From: a virus
Virus record (IMG/VR): IMGVR_UViG_3300050119_000072
Span: 22,656 to 86,655 of that record
Direction: 5' to 3' (one strand)
Length of the DNA stretch: 64,000 bases
Shown piece after piece: positions 1 through 8,288 of the stretch. Both the position numbers and the translations under genes were made by a program. Position 1 is the first letter of the stretch. Each line of letters starts with the position of its first letter. Below the pieces are notes generated by a model. The model searched no databases. It saw nothing but the letters and a program-made list of their open reading frames with translations, and was not told where the DNA came from.

Positions 1-225
1 CGGCGTACTTTCGGCCACGAGCGCAAGCCGCCTCACCCACACCAGGCCGGCGGGTTGCCGCCGATGGCCGCGTCCGGCCCGATGCCCGGTCAATCCGAGT
101 TCGACGGCGGCGAGGAAGCCGCCCAGCGCCAGGGCATGCGCTCCGCCCGCGGCGCGCCGCCGACCGACGGCAGCAACGCGCCCGCGCCGCAGATGTCCGG
201 CGACGGCGATTTCGACGACCTGTAG
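1..225 (+). CDS. 3' end of hypothetical protein, truncated by window edge
   Basis: Frame 1 open from base 1 to TAG 223-225, ends ...SGDGDFDDL. Confidence 0.6.
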   Translation, partial: RRTFGHERKPPHPHQAGGLPPMAASGPMPGQSEFDGGEEAAQRQGMRSARGAPPTDGSNAPAPQMSGDGDFDDL

Positions 226-231
226 GCGCTC

Positions 232-570
232 ATGCCGGACCCGCGCTGCCGCATTGTCAACGTGCGGCCGAAGGGCAATCTGCGGCTGTTCCCGGGCGTT
301 TCCAGGATCAACATGCCGCTGGCCTTACAGCCAGAGCCCAACGTGATCGCGATGGTCGAGCACCTGCTCGATCGCGCCAAACGCGGCGAGATCCAGGGCG
401 TTGCGGCCGCGCTCGTCACCGCCGACGGGCAGACCGCGTCGAATTGGGCTGGCGCCGGGCGGTTCTCCTGCGCGCTTCTGATCGGCTCGCTCCAGGTCCT
501 TGCGACTGAACTGGGGCTGGATTCTCTGCGGAAGCCTGCAATTTCACCATTTCCAGACGAGAGCGCCTGA
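232..570 (+). CDS. Hypothetical phage protein
   Basis: 112 aa ORF, GC3-rich, stop overlaps next start (TGATG). Confidence 0.7.
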   Translation: MPDPRCRIVNVRPKGNLRLFPGVSRINMPLALQPEPNVIAMVEHLLDRAKRGEIQGVAAALVTADGQTASNWAGAGRFSCALLIGSLQVLATELGLDSLRKPAISPFPDESA

Positions 571-818
571 TGCGATACCTCGCGCCGCTTGCCGTTGCTG
601 CCGTCATGGCGGCGTCGTTCCCCGCGCGCGCCGGCGTCGAGGACACCATGCGCGGGGCAATCGATTCCGAATGGTCCGGCAACCACGAAGCGCAGGACCG
701 CGACTGGCAGCAGTTCAACGACCAGCGCAATGTGCCCCGCCCGCGCGCGCGCCATTTCGATCCGATCCCCGGCAAGCCCTGCGACAAGTGCAAGACCTTC
801 CGGAAGCCGCGGGATTGA
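570..818 (+). CDS. Small putative exported protein with CxxC
   Basis: Signal-peptide-like N-terminus (MRYLAPLAVAAVMAASFPARA), CDKC near C-terminus. Confidence 0.6.
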   Translation: MRYLAPLAVAAVMAASFPARAGVEDTMRGAIDSEWSGNHEAQDRDWQQFNDQRNVPRPRARHFDPIPGKPCDKCKTFRKPRD

Positions 819-821
819 AGC

Positions 822-1058
822 ATGCCGTGGGGCCCCGAAGACGCCAGCGCCAAGACCAAGAAGGCGAACACGCCGAAACGCCAGCGACAATGGAGCCACA
901 TCGCCAACGGCGTCCTCGCCAAGACCGGCGACGATAAGCGGGCGATCATGGAGGCAAACGGCGTGCTCGCGCGCGAGGCGCACATGCCGGGCAAGACGGA
1001 ATTCAGCGCCGACGAAGAGCGCGCCATGCGCCACGCCCGCCGCAAAAAGCGCAGGTAA
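822..1058 (+). CDS. Small basic hypothetical phage protein
   Basis: 78 aa, tight packing with neighbours. Confidence 0.65.
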   Translation: MPWGPEDASAKTKKANTPKRQRQWSHIANGVLAKTGDDKRAIMEANGVLAREAHMPGKTEFSADEERAMRHARRKKRR

Positions 1059-1061
1059 CCC

Positions 1062-1706
1062 ATGGGCTTTACCCCGATCATCCCGTGGAAGTCCGCCTGC
1101 AACACGGACAGAGAGGCGCGCGCGGCGCTCGACGGCCATTCGCCGGACGTCCCAAAGATACCTGCGGTCATGGGTCCCCCGACCCTTTGGACCGAGGCGC
1201 TGGCCGACAAGATCATCGAGCACCTCGGCGCGGGCATGACCTTCGCCGCGATCGGGCGCTTGGAGGATTGCCCAAGCCGGCGCACGCTTTACCGCTGGTG
1301 CCGGGACGACCTCGAATTTGCCTTTGACTGCGCCCGCGCGGAGAGAGACCACAGCGCGGCCGAAGCCAAGCGCATGCTCGATGAAATGTTCCGCGCCTGC
1401 CGGGAGGGCGTCCAAGCCGGCACGCCGCAGTCGATAGGCGAGGGCGAGACCACGCTGATCCTCGAAGCCAACCCCAAGATGACGCAGACATACGCCGACA
1501 AGCTGCAATGGGCGATCGAGTGCGAGTATCCGGAGAAATACGCGCCGTTCCGATATCGGCAGGTCGTGGCGGCGCCGGTGGCCGCGATCGGTAACGGCGA
1601 CGGCGCCAAGCTCATCAACCCCACCATGCCGCCGCGCGTGATCGAGAGCGATCCGATGCACGAGGCCATCGCGGCGTGGGGCAAAGCCTTGGCCACATTC
1701 AAATAA
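1062..1706 (+). CDS. terS: Terminase small subunit
   Basis: HTH-like segment (LADKIIEHLGAG...CPSRRTLYRW), W...YPEKY motif, directly upstream of terL; true start may be later. Confidence 0.8.
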   Translation: MGFTPIIPWKSACNTDREARAALDGHSPDVPKIPAVMGPPTLWTEALADKIIEHLGAGMTFAAIGRLEDCPSRRTLYRWCRDDLEFAFDCARAERDHSAAEAKRMLDEMFRACREGVQAGTPQSIGEGETTLILEANPKMTQTYADKLQWAIECEYPEKYAPFRYRQVVAAPVAAIGNGDGAKLINPTMPPRVIESDPMHEAIAAWGKALATFK

Positions 1707-1722
1707 TGACGCGGTCTATACA

Positions 1723-3531
1723 ATGGCAACGAGGGAATTGCGCGGCAGTCGATATCTGACCGCGCGCAATGAGCCGCTCGCTAGGTTCATCCTCGACCAA
1801 CTGCCGTTCCTGGACTTTCAGGAGACCCTGGAGTTCTACCGGCGCATTGAGCCGACGCTCGACGACAGCGGACGGGCACTCCTAGGATGCAATGATCGCT
1901 ACTACCTTTTCACTGGACTGCTCGGCCGCATCGACGGGCTGCATCCGTGGCTATTCGATCGCTGCCGAGAGGTCGAGGCCGATCCCGACGGCCACATCGA
2001 TTTGTGGTCCCGGTTCCATTTTAAGTCTAGTTTGATTACTCTCGCCGGTGCCATTCAAGAGATCGTGGTCAATCCCGAGATCAAGATCGCCATCTTCTCG
2101 GTGGTCAAACCGATCGCCGCCGCCTTCCTTTCGCAAATCAAGGAAGAGTTCGAGAACAACGATCATCTCAAGGCCGTCTACCACGACGTTCTCTACGCCA
2201 ATCCGCGCACGCTTGGCTCCGATGGGCGCCCGGCAAAGTGGGGTGTCGCGCGCGGTATCACGGTCAAGCGCAAATCGCGGCCGAAGGAGGCGACGGTCGA
2301 GGCGCACGGCCTGATCGACGGGCAGCCGACCTCCCGCCACTTTGACCTGCAGATTTACGACGACGTTGTCACGCAGGACTATCTTTCAGAAGAGAGCATC
2401 CGCAAGACCACCGCGCGCTGGGAAATGGCCGATAACCTCGGCTCGCACCTTGGCGTGCGCAAATGGATGCCTGGCACGCGCTACCACTACGCCGACACTT
2501 ACGGCATTATCATCGAGCGCAAGTCGCTCAAGCCACGCATCTATCCGGCGACGGACGACGGCACGCTCGAAGGCAAGCCGGTCTTTTTGACGCAAGCCCG
2601 CTGGGACGAGATCAAGCGGGACCAGCGATCGACCGTCTCCGCGCAGTGCCTGCTCAACCCAATCGCCGGCAACGAGGCGACGTTCCGCTCGACCTGGCTC
2701 AGGTTCTACGATGTCATCCCGGCGTTGATGAACGTCTACGTCCTTGTCGACCCCTCGAAGGGCTCCGGCGATAGGTCTGACCGAACGGCGATCGCAGTGA
2801 TTGGCGTGGACGCTGGCTCGAACAAGTACCTGCTGGATGGCGTTCGCCACCGCATGAAGCTGTCAGAGCGATGGGAGTTCGTGAAGCAGCTCAAGCGCAA
2901 GTGGGAAAGCCACCCCGGCGTGCAGATGGTCAAGGTTGGCTATGAGCGCTACGGCATGCAGGTAGACCTCGAGGTGATCGAGGACAATATGCAGCGCGAG
3001 AACAACCACTTCGAGATCGAGGAAATGAACACGCCGCGGCAGGGCGGCCACTCCAAGGACGACCGCATCGGCCGGCTTGAGCCAGACCTAAAAGGAGGCC
3101 GCTTCTATATCCCCGGCATCGCGCACCACCCGGATTTCAACGACAAGGGCACCGGCGTCTGCATGGTTGGCGTCTGGACCGAGGAAATGGCCAAGATATC
3201 CAAGGAGCAAGGGCGCCCCTCGCCGAACAATGTCGGGCAGGTATTCTACCGGCCCATGCGCGGGCTGACCAAGCGCCAGCAGAATTGCGAGATCACGGCG
3301 CAGAAGCACCGCATCGTCACCGCCATCAAGCGCCGGGACGAGAACAACGACGTCTACGACGTGACGCGCGCCTTCCTGGAAGAGCTGCTCCGTCACCCCT
3401 TTGCCCAGTACGTCGACTTTATCGACGCGGCGAGCCGCATTTACGACCTTGATCCCCAACCGCCCGTCGCCTACGAAGCTCAGAGCACAGAGCCAATCGG
3501 CATGGAATCGGACCAGGTGGCGCAGCTATGA
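1723..3531 (+). CDS. terL: Terminase large subunit
   Basis: Walker A-like SRFHFKSS, Walker B QIYDDV, GTRY motif, RNase H-like VLVDPS and VDFIDA. Confidence 0.9.
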   Translation: MATRELRGSRYLTARNEPLARFILDQLPFLDFQETLEFYRRIEPTLDDSGRALLGCNDRYYLFTGLLGRIDGLHPWLFDRCREVEADPDGHIDLWSRFHFKSSLITLAGAIQEIVVNPEIKIAIFSVVKPIAAAFLSQIKEEFENNDHLKAVYHDVLYANPRTLGSDGRPAKWGVARGITVKRKSRPKEATVEAHGLIDGQPTSRHFDLQIYDDVVTQDYLSEESIRKTTARWEMADNLGSHLGVRKWMPGTRYHYADTYGIIIERKSLKPRIYPATDDGTLEGKPVFLTQARWDEIKRDQRSTVSAQCLLNPIAGNEATFRSTWLRFYDVIPALMNVYVLVDPSKGSGDRSDRTAIAVIGVDAGSNKYLLDGVRHRMKLSERWEFVKQLKRKWESHPGVQMVKVGYERYGMQVDLEVIEDNMQRENNHFEIEEMNTPRQGGHSKDDRIGRLEPDLKGGRFYIPGIAHHPDFNDKGTGVCMVGVWTEEMAKISKEQGRPSPNNVGQVFYRPMRGLTKRQQNCEITAQKHRIVTAIKRRDENNDVYDVTRAFLEELLRHPFAQYVDFIDAASRIYDLDPQPPVAYEAQSTEPIGMESDQVAQL

Positions 3532-4004
3532 CGCGGGAATGGTCGGCGAACGGCATGCCCACGGCCGACGATATCGCCCTGGCGATCGTGCTCGCAGCAC
3601 GCGAATACGGCGAGGACCCGATCGAGGTGGCGTCCAGTGGGGGCTCCTGCTGCGGCGCGCGGGAGGCGGCCTTCGTGTCGCTTGAGTGCGTCTTCCCCTT
3701 GGCGCCGAAACCGATCCTTGCTCGCCTGGTCGGTGCCGGACCGAATTTTCTCGCCACCTTCCGCCGCGGATGGGGCAAGCCGGACCGCAAGAAGGCGTAT
3801 CAAATTCAGGTCAGCATTACTGACGCAATCTACGCGCAGCATTCCGAGGCGCGAATTATCAAGCCGGCACCGACGGTTAAGGCCCCGATGCGGCTCGGCA
3901 TGCGCCGCAGGGCCGTCGTCGATTGTCTCGACGTTACGGCCCATGTTATGGGTGATCCTGCGCCGGGCCGCTCTGCGCTCGCGCAACGAGGCAAGGATGG
4001 TTGA
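3528..4004 (+). CDS. Hypothetical protein
   Basis: ATGA overlap with terL stop. Confidence 0.6.
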   Translation: MTREWSANGMPTADDIALAIVLAAREYGEDPIEVASSGGSCCGAREAAFVSLECVFPLAPKPILARLVGAGPNFLATFRRGWGKPDRKKAYQIQVSITDAIYAQHSEARIIKPAPTVKAPMRLGMRRRAVVDCLDVTAHVMGDPAPGRSALAQRGKDG

Positions 4005-4007
4005 ACT

Positions 4008-4238
4008 ATGCCGCCCAACATCGCCTACGCCCCAGTGAAGAGCGGGAACATCAAGGAAGTCGGCTACGATCCGGCTTCGCGAACGCTTGGCGTGCGCTTC
4101 CACTCCGGCGCGACGTACCACTATGCGGACGTGTCGGCAGAGAAGCATGCCGCCCTGATGGCGGCTCCGAGCGTTGGTTCTCACCTGCACTCCAATATCA
4201 AAGGCGCGCATGCCTCGACGAAAGTAGATGCTCGTTAA
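4008..4238 (+). CDS. KTSC domain protein
   Basis: VKSGNIKEVGYD...L.VRFHSG..YHY..V...AAPSVG KTSC signature. Confidence 0.9.
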   Translation: MPPNIAYAPVKSGNIKEVGYDPASRTLGVRFHSGATYHYADVSAEKHAALMAAPSVGSHLHSNIKGAHASTKVDAR

Positions 4239-4263
4239 GCGCATCAACGAATAGGGGCTTCCC

Positions 4264-4572
4264 ATGGCGCCGCTCTATAAACCGCCAACCAAGGTGGTGA
4301 CCACGGAGGTGCCGTACCTCGCGCTGGTGACCCAGTACGATCCCGACTTCGAGCGACGCAAGCACCGCGAGGTGCAATACACATTTTCCGGCCAGATATT
4401 CTTTGCCGATCCGTACACCGCAAACACCTATGACCGGCGCTCCAACACGTACCCAGTCGGCCAACCGTACGGCGGACTCGATCCGCTCATCGAAGCTGCG
4501 CTCGCGCCGACCGTGGGCAACCCTGTGCCTGGCCTTTACGAAGGCGTCGACGACGGGATGGGCTGGGCCTGA
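4264..4572 (+). CDS. Hypothetical protein
   Basis: 102 aa, AGGGG upstream. Confidence 0.6.
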   Translation: MAPLYKPPTKVVTTEVPYLALVTQYDPDFERRKHREVQYTFSGQIFFADPYTANTYDRRSNTYPVGQPYGGLDPLIEAALAPTVGNPVPGLYEGVDDGMGWA

Positions 4573-4576
4573 CCGC

Positions 4577-4792
4577 ATGGCGAAGAAGTGCGACACGCCG
4601 CGCAAGGTCACTCTGCGTGGCGATCACTACGACGTGTGGGTCTGCGAGCACGGCCATGTCCACATCACTTTTTGCGAGGATGGCGTCTCGGTCATGATCG
4701 AGACGAGCATCGAGGCCTACGATTTGGGCAACGCGATCCTTCGCGGCTACGACGAGATTGAGGGCATTCCTCCCGCGTCGCGCCGCGCCTGA
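4577..4792 (+). CDS. Hypothetical protein
   Basis: ATG 4577 (MAKKCDTP) just after previous stop, GC3-rich. Confidence 0.6.
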   Translation: MAKKCDTPRKVTLRGDHYDVWVCEHGHVHITFCEDGVSVMIETSIEAYDLGNAILRGYDEIEGIPPASRRA

Positions 4793-4822
4793 CACCAATC
4801 CACCCTTATCCGTAACCTGATG

Positions 4823-4849
4823 AACCCGCCTTGGCGGGTTTCTTCTTTT
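4823..4849 (+). terminator. Putative intrinsic terminator
   Basis: AACCCGCC-TT-GGCGGGTT followed by TCTTCTTTT. Confidence 0.6.
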
Positions 4850-4864
4850 GGAGAGAGAAACGCC

Positions 4865-5488
4865 ATGGCGCAACAGACAGTCAACAGCAATTCCGTGCAG
4901 CCCTTGGGCATCCCGAACACGGGCTCAAGCACAGAACAGGGCGATACCTGGGACGCGGCCGTCGTCAAAATCAATGCGATGTTCACCGACCTCTACACCG
5001 GCGCGAAGGCGATGATCGCCGGTCTGGGAACCGCAGTGTTCGGCGCGTCCGGCAATATCAGCACGCAGGTCGGCGTCATCGGTTCCTCGGCCACCAACAC
5101 CACGCAGACGCTTTTGAGCTATGTGCTGCCGGCGAAGACGCTCAATGCAGTCGGCAACGGCATCATGGTAACGGCCTTTGGCCAGAAGGCGGCGAACGCT
5201 GCCGGCTGCACGCTGGCTCTCACCGTCGGCGGCATGACGGTCAATACCGGCAACGTCACTTCGAGCGGCTCGAGCTGGATGATGGAGGCCATGTTCTTCA
5301 AGAGCGCCTCGAACGCCCAGGTCGGCAACCTCAACGCATTGACCGGTCTCACCCCGGTGAAGACGGTTTCCGGCACCGACACGTCCGTCGACACCGGCAC
5401 GATCAACATCGCGGTGACCATGCTGGACGCCTCCGCCGGCCAGTCGAATATCCTGCTCGACGGACTCATCGTCGAGTTCTTCAACTAA
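4865..5488 (+). CDS. Ser/Thr/Gly-rich putative virion structural protein
   Basis: GGAGAGAG RBS; N-terminal G..GDT..A..KIN.MF.DLY motif typical of fibre/baseplate-type proteins; beta-strand pattern. Confidence 0.7.
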   Translation: MAQQTVNSNSVQPLGIPNTGSSTEQGDTWDAAVVKINAMFTDLYTGAKAMIAGLGTAVFGASGNISTQVGVIGSSATNTTQTLLSYVLPAKTLNAVGNGIMVTAFGQKAANAAGCTLALTVGGMTVNTGNVTSSGSSWMMEAMFFKSASNAQVGNLNALTGLTPVKTVSGTDTSVDTGTINIAVTMLDASAGQSNILLDGLIVEFFN

Positions 5489-5494
5489 CCGCGC

Positions 5495-5537
5495 GGCGTT
5501 TACCTTCCCGCAAGGCAATTGCGGGTAAGGGGACGCC
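5495..5537 (+). promoter_or_regulatory. Hairpin occluding the Shine-Dalgarno of the glycosyltransferase gene
   Basis: GGCGTT..CCTT.CCCGCAA pairs with TTGCGGG.AAGG.GACGCC, ending at base before ATG 5538. Confidence 0.6.
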
Positions 5538-6929
5538 ATGTGGTTCATGCCTTCCTACGGCCGCCCGGACGCTCTCCGACGCATGTTGGAGGCGCCCGGC
5601 GGCTGGCCGGATCATGTGGTTGTCCTTGTCAACGAGGACGATCCGGCGCTGAAAGAGTACGGGCGCGTATTCACAAGCGCACTCCCGCGCGATCCTCCGT
5701 GGCGCCTGCACTTCATCCCCGCCGGCTCCCGCTGCTCCGACGCCCACCGCTACATCACCACCAAATGGCCGGACGAAGCCTTCTACGGGCTGCTGTGCGA
5801 CGATCAGTGGCCGGTGACGCCAGGCTGGCATGAGGCGCTGGTCAGGGCGGCCGGCTCCAAGTTCATCTCGACGCCGGCGGGCGAGCCGAATTTCCCGCTG
5901 CTGCGCAACGCCCTCGTCCTGGGCGGCGACCTGGTGCGCGCCATGGGCACGCTGGTCCCGGCGCCCGTGAAGCACAACTTCGAGGACAATATCTGGGACC
6001 GCATCGCGGCCGACTTCAATATCCTGGTGCCGCTGCCGGACGTTATCGTCGAGCACCGCCATTGGGTGCACGGCACGGCAAAAAAAGACGCCACCTATGA
6101 GCGGGGTTCCGCCGACGCCATCGAGGACCGCAAAATCTTCGAGACGTGGCTGGCGAGCGCCGATCGCATGGAAATGTGCCGCCGCATCGGCAAACTGCTT
6201 GATGTGTCGGGCATAACGACCATTGACCCCAAAAAGGTCCGGCTTGCCATCGTGGTGCCGATCGGGGACGAAGTGGTCGATATCGCCTATCACAAGTCGC
6301 TCAACGCCACGATTATGCTGCTGGCGCAATGCGGTATCAGCCTCTCGATCATGGAGGCCGCCGGTGGGAGCCACATCGGCAAGGCGCGAGAGCGCGTGCT
6401 CTGGCTGGCAATGCACGACTACAAGCCCACGCATCTGCTGTTTATCGATGCCGACATGGGATGGGACGCCAAGCAGGTCACGCGGCTGCTGTGCGCCGAC
6501 CATGAATTCGCGGCGATCGCCGGCGTGCGCAAGACCGACGAGGTGAAGGTCTGCTGCAACTTCCTGCCGACCGAAGAGCGCCACCCGGTCACAAACTTCC
6601 TCAAGGTCCGTGACGTGGGCTTCGCCTTCGTTCTGCTCAAGACCTCCGTGGTCGACAAGCTGTGCAAGGCCTATCCGGATCTCGAATACAATTGCGGGGA
6701 CAAGCGCGAATGGGCGCTGTTCCTCGACATGATCGATAAAAAAGACAAGACCAACGGCCTCCGCGGCGAGCGGCTGTCGGAGGACTTTTCCTTCTGCCGG
6801 CGCTGGCGCGCCATAGGCGGCGACATCTTCCTCGACGACGAGGCCGCGATTATCCACGCCGGCCGCAAGGAATACACCGGCAGAGCCGCCGACAAGTTGC
6901 CCTACGCAAAACCGGCCGCCACCGCTTAA
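5538..6929 (+). CDS. Tandem GT-A fold glycosyltransferase
   Basis: Domain 1 PSYGRP, LCDD, EDN, EHRH; domain 2 LLFIDAD, GFAFVL, LSEDFSFCRRW, H.G. Confidence 0.85.
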   Translation: MWFMPSYGRPDALRRMLEAPGGWPDHVVVLVNEDDPALKEYGRVFTSALPRDPPWRLHFIPAGSRCSDAHRYITTKWPDEAFYGLLCDDQWPVTPGWHEALVRAAGSKFISTPAGEPNFPLLRNALVLGGDLVRAMGTLVPAPVKHNFEDNIWDRIAADFNILVPLPDVIVEHRHWVHGTAKKDATYERGSADAIEDRKIFETWLASADRMEMCRRIGKLLDVSGITTIDPKKVRLAIVVPIGDEVVDIAYHKSLNATIMLLAQCGISLSIMEAAGGSHIGKARERVLWLAMHDYKPTHLLFIDADMGWDAKQVTRLLCADHEFAAIAGVRKTDEVKVCCNFLPTEERHPVTNFLKVRDVGFAFVLLKTSVVDKLCKAYPDLEYNCGDKREWALFLDMIDKKDKTNGLRGERLSEDFSFCRRWRAIGGDIFLDDEAAIIHAGRKEYTGRAADKLPYAKPAATA

Positions 6930-6941
6930 AGGCTTCCCATC

Positions 6942-7178
6942 ATGTCGCAGAGCGAAACCTCCGGCCCAAAGATAGGGCAGACGGTGATCTATTCGCCGTC
7001 GGCCGGCGTCACGTACCCCGCCATGCTGATCGCGGTCGCCGCAGGCACCGGGCTTGTGCGCCTCACCGTGTTTCAGCCAGGCGCGACCTTCCTCGACGCA
7101 CAAAACGTCCCCTACGACTACACGCGCAACATCGTGTTCCCGTCCTGGAGCTATCCAGGGCCGCAAAGCGGAATTTGA
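6942..7178 (+). CDS. Hypothetical phage protein
   Basis: 78 aa, PKIGQTVIY...PAML...V.LTVF...WSYP pattern. Confidence 0.7.
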   Translation: MSQSETSGPKIGQTVIYSPSAGVTYPAMLIAVAAGTGLVRLTVFQPGATFLDAQNVPYDYTRNIVFPSWSYPGPQSGI

Positions 7179-7181
7179 CGC

Positions 7182-7631
7182 ATGCCGCATGATCCCGTGA
7201 TCGAGAGCCAAGAAGTCGTCTTTCGCACGGGCAAGGACACGCCCGATCGCGTGGTGCTCAACCGGTACGAGGCGCCGGCTACGCCGGACAGCGGCATTGC
7301 CGAGGACCCCTATAAGGCGTCCGACCTTGCCGCATGCGCGCAGGCCATGCGCACGCTGGAAAAGCACTACCCCGGCCACTGCTTCCGCGTCATCCACGAC
7401 AGCAAGCAAGGCATTTGCCTCATGTCGATCCCGATTCTCATGGGGATCAACAACTACATGGCGGTCAATCTCAAGACGCACGCGCTCGACGATAGCCGCG
7501 TGATGAAGGCCGGCGGCGAGATACTTGAGCGCTACGGGCTCAAGCGCGGCGGCTTCGAGCTGACGCCGTTCCTCGACGCGCGGGCCAAACACTCGGCTCT
7601 CGTCGTCCCCAGCCGCAAGGTGCCTGGGTGA
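7182..7631 (+). CDS. Hypothetical phage protein
   Basis: LEKHYPGH...AGGEILERYGL motif. Confidence 0.75.
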   Translation: MPHDPVIESQEVVFRTGKDTPDRVVLNRYEAPATPDSGIAEDPYKASDLAACAQAMRTLEKHYPGHCFRVIHDSKQGICLMSIPILMGINNYMAVNLKTHALDDSRVMKAGGEILERYGLKRGGFELTPFLDARAKHSALVVPSRKVPG

Positions 7632-7840
7632 AAACCCGGGCCCCGCGCCTCGCGACCAACCAGCAACTCTATCGCTCGCTGCTGGTCCTGCGCCAAGACG
7701 CGATCGCCCGCGGCTTTCTCGGTCCCGGCACGCGCGTCTATGGCAACTCGCTGATCAGGCTCGGCACCGAACTGCTGGCGGCCGGAGTGACGTTCGATCA
7801 ACTGCCGCGCCTAACCGCAAAGGGACCGCATGAAACCTAA
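7628..7840 (+). CDS. Hypothetical protein
   Basis: GTGA overlap with upstream stop. Confidence 0.5.
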   Translation: MKTRAPRLATNQQLYRSLLVLRQDAIARGFLGPGTRVYGNSLIRLGTELLAAGVTFDQLPRLTAKGPHET

Positions 7841-8159
7841 GATGATCGCCGGAGCGAATGCCAACCCGGGCGCGCCGCGCGGCTGGGACCCGAAGAAAGA
7901 CGGCCACTGTGGCACGCTTCCGATCCGCTACACGGAAGACGCAGACGGCCGCATTGCACAATGCGAGAGCGCATGGGAGCCGAGCGCGGAAGAACTCGCC
8001 CTGTTGAACGCCGGCGGCTCCGTCATCCTTCGCGTAATCGGTTGGCAGGTTCCGGTCGCGCTGTATGTCGAGCCTGCGGACAAGGCGTTTCAAAACAGCA
8101 GAAGAAGCCCACGCGGCATATTGTGCCGCTGCTTCAAAATACTTCGGCAAATTCGCTAG
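7830..8159 (+). CDS. Hypothetical phage protein
   Basis: GAP.GWD...C.TLP...SAWEP..EEL..LNAG motif; AAGGGA RBS. Confidence 0.7.
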   Translation: MKPKMIAGANANPGAPRGWDPKKDGHCGTLPIRYTEDADGRIAQCESAWEPSAEELALLNAGGSVILRVIGWQVPVALYVEPADKAFQNSRRSPRGILCRCFKILRQIR

Positions 8160-8288
8160 AGCCGCCTAACCAATCACTGCACGGATTGAGAACCGCGCGA
8201 TCGACGCGCAGCAATCCTGTATGCGGGAGTGCTCCCCATTCTTCGATCAAAACCAAGTGGCGAGGACGGCACCAATGGTGTCCGGGCG

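Noticed and set aside
90-1661. 523-aa minus-strand ORF
   Set aside because: Antisense shadow of GC3-rich plus-strand genes; no motifs
5481-7592. 703-aa minus-strand ORF
   Set aside because: Shadow of the glycosyltransferase and neighbours
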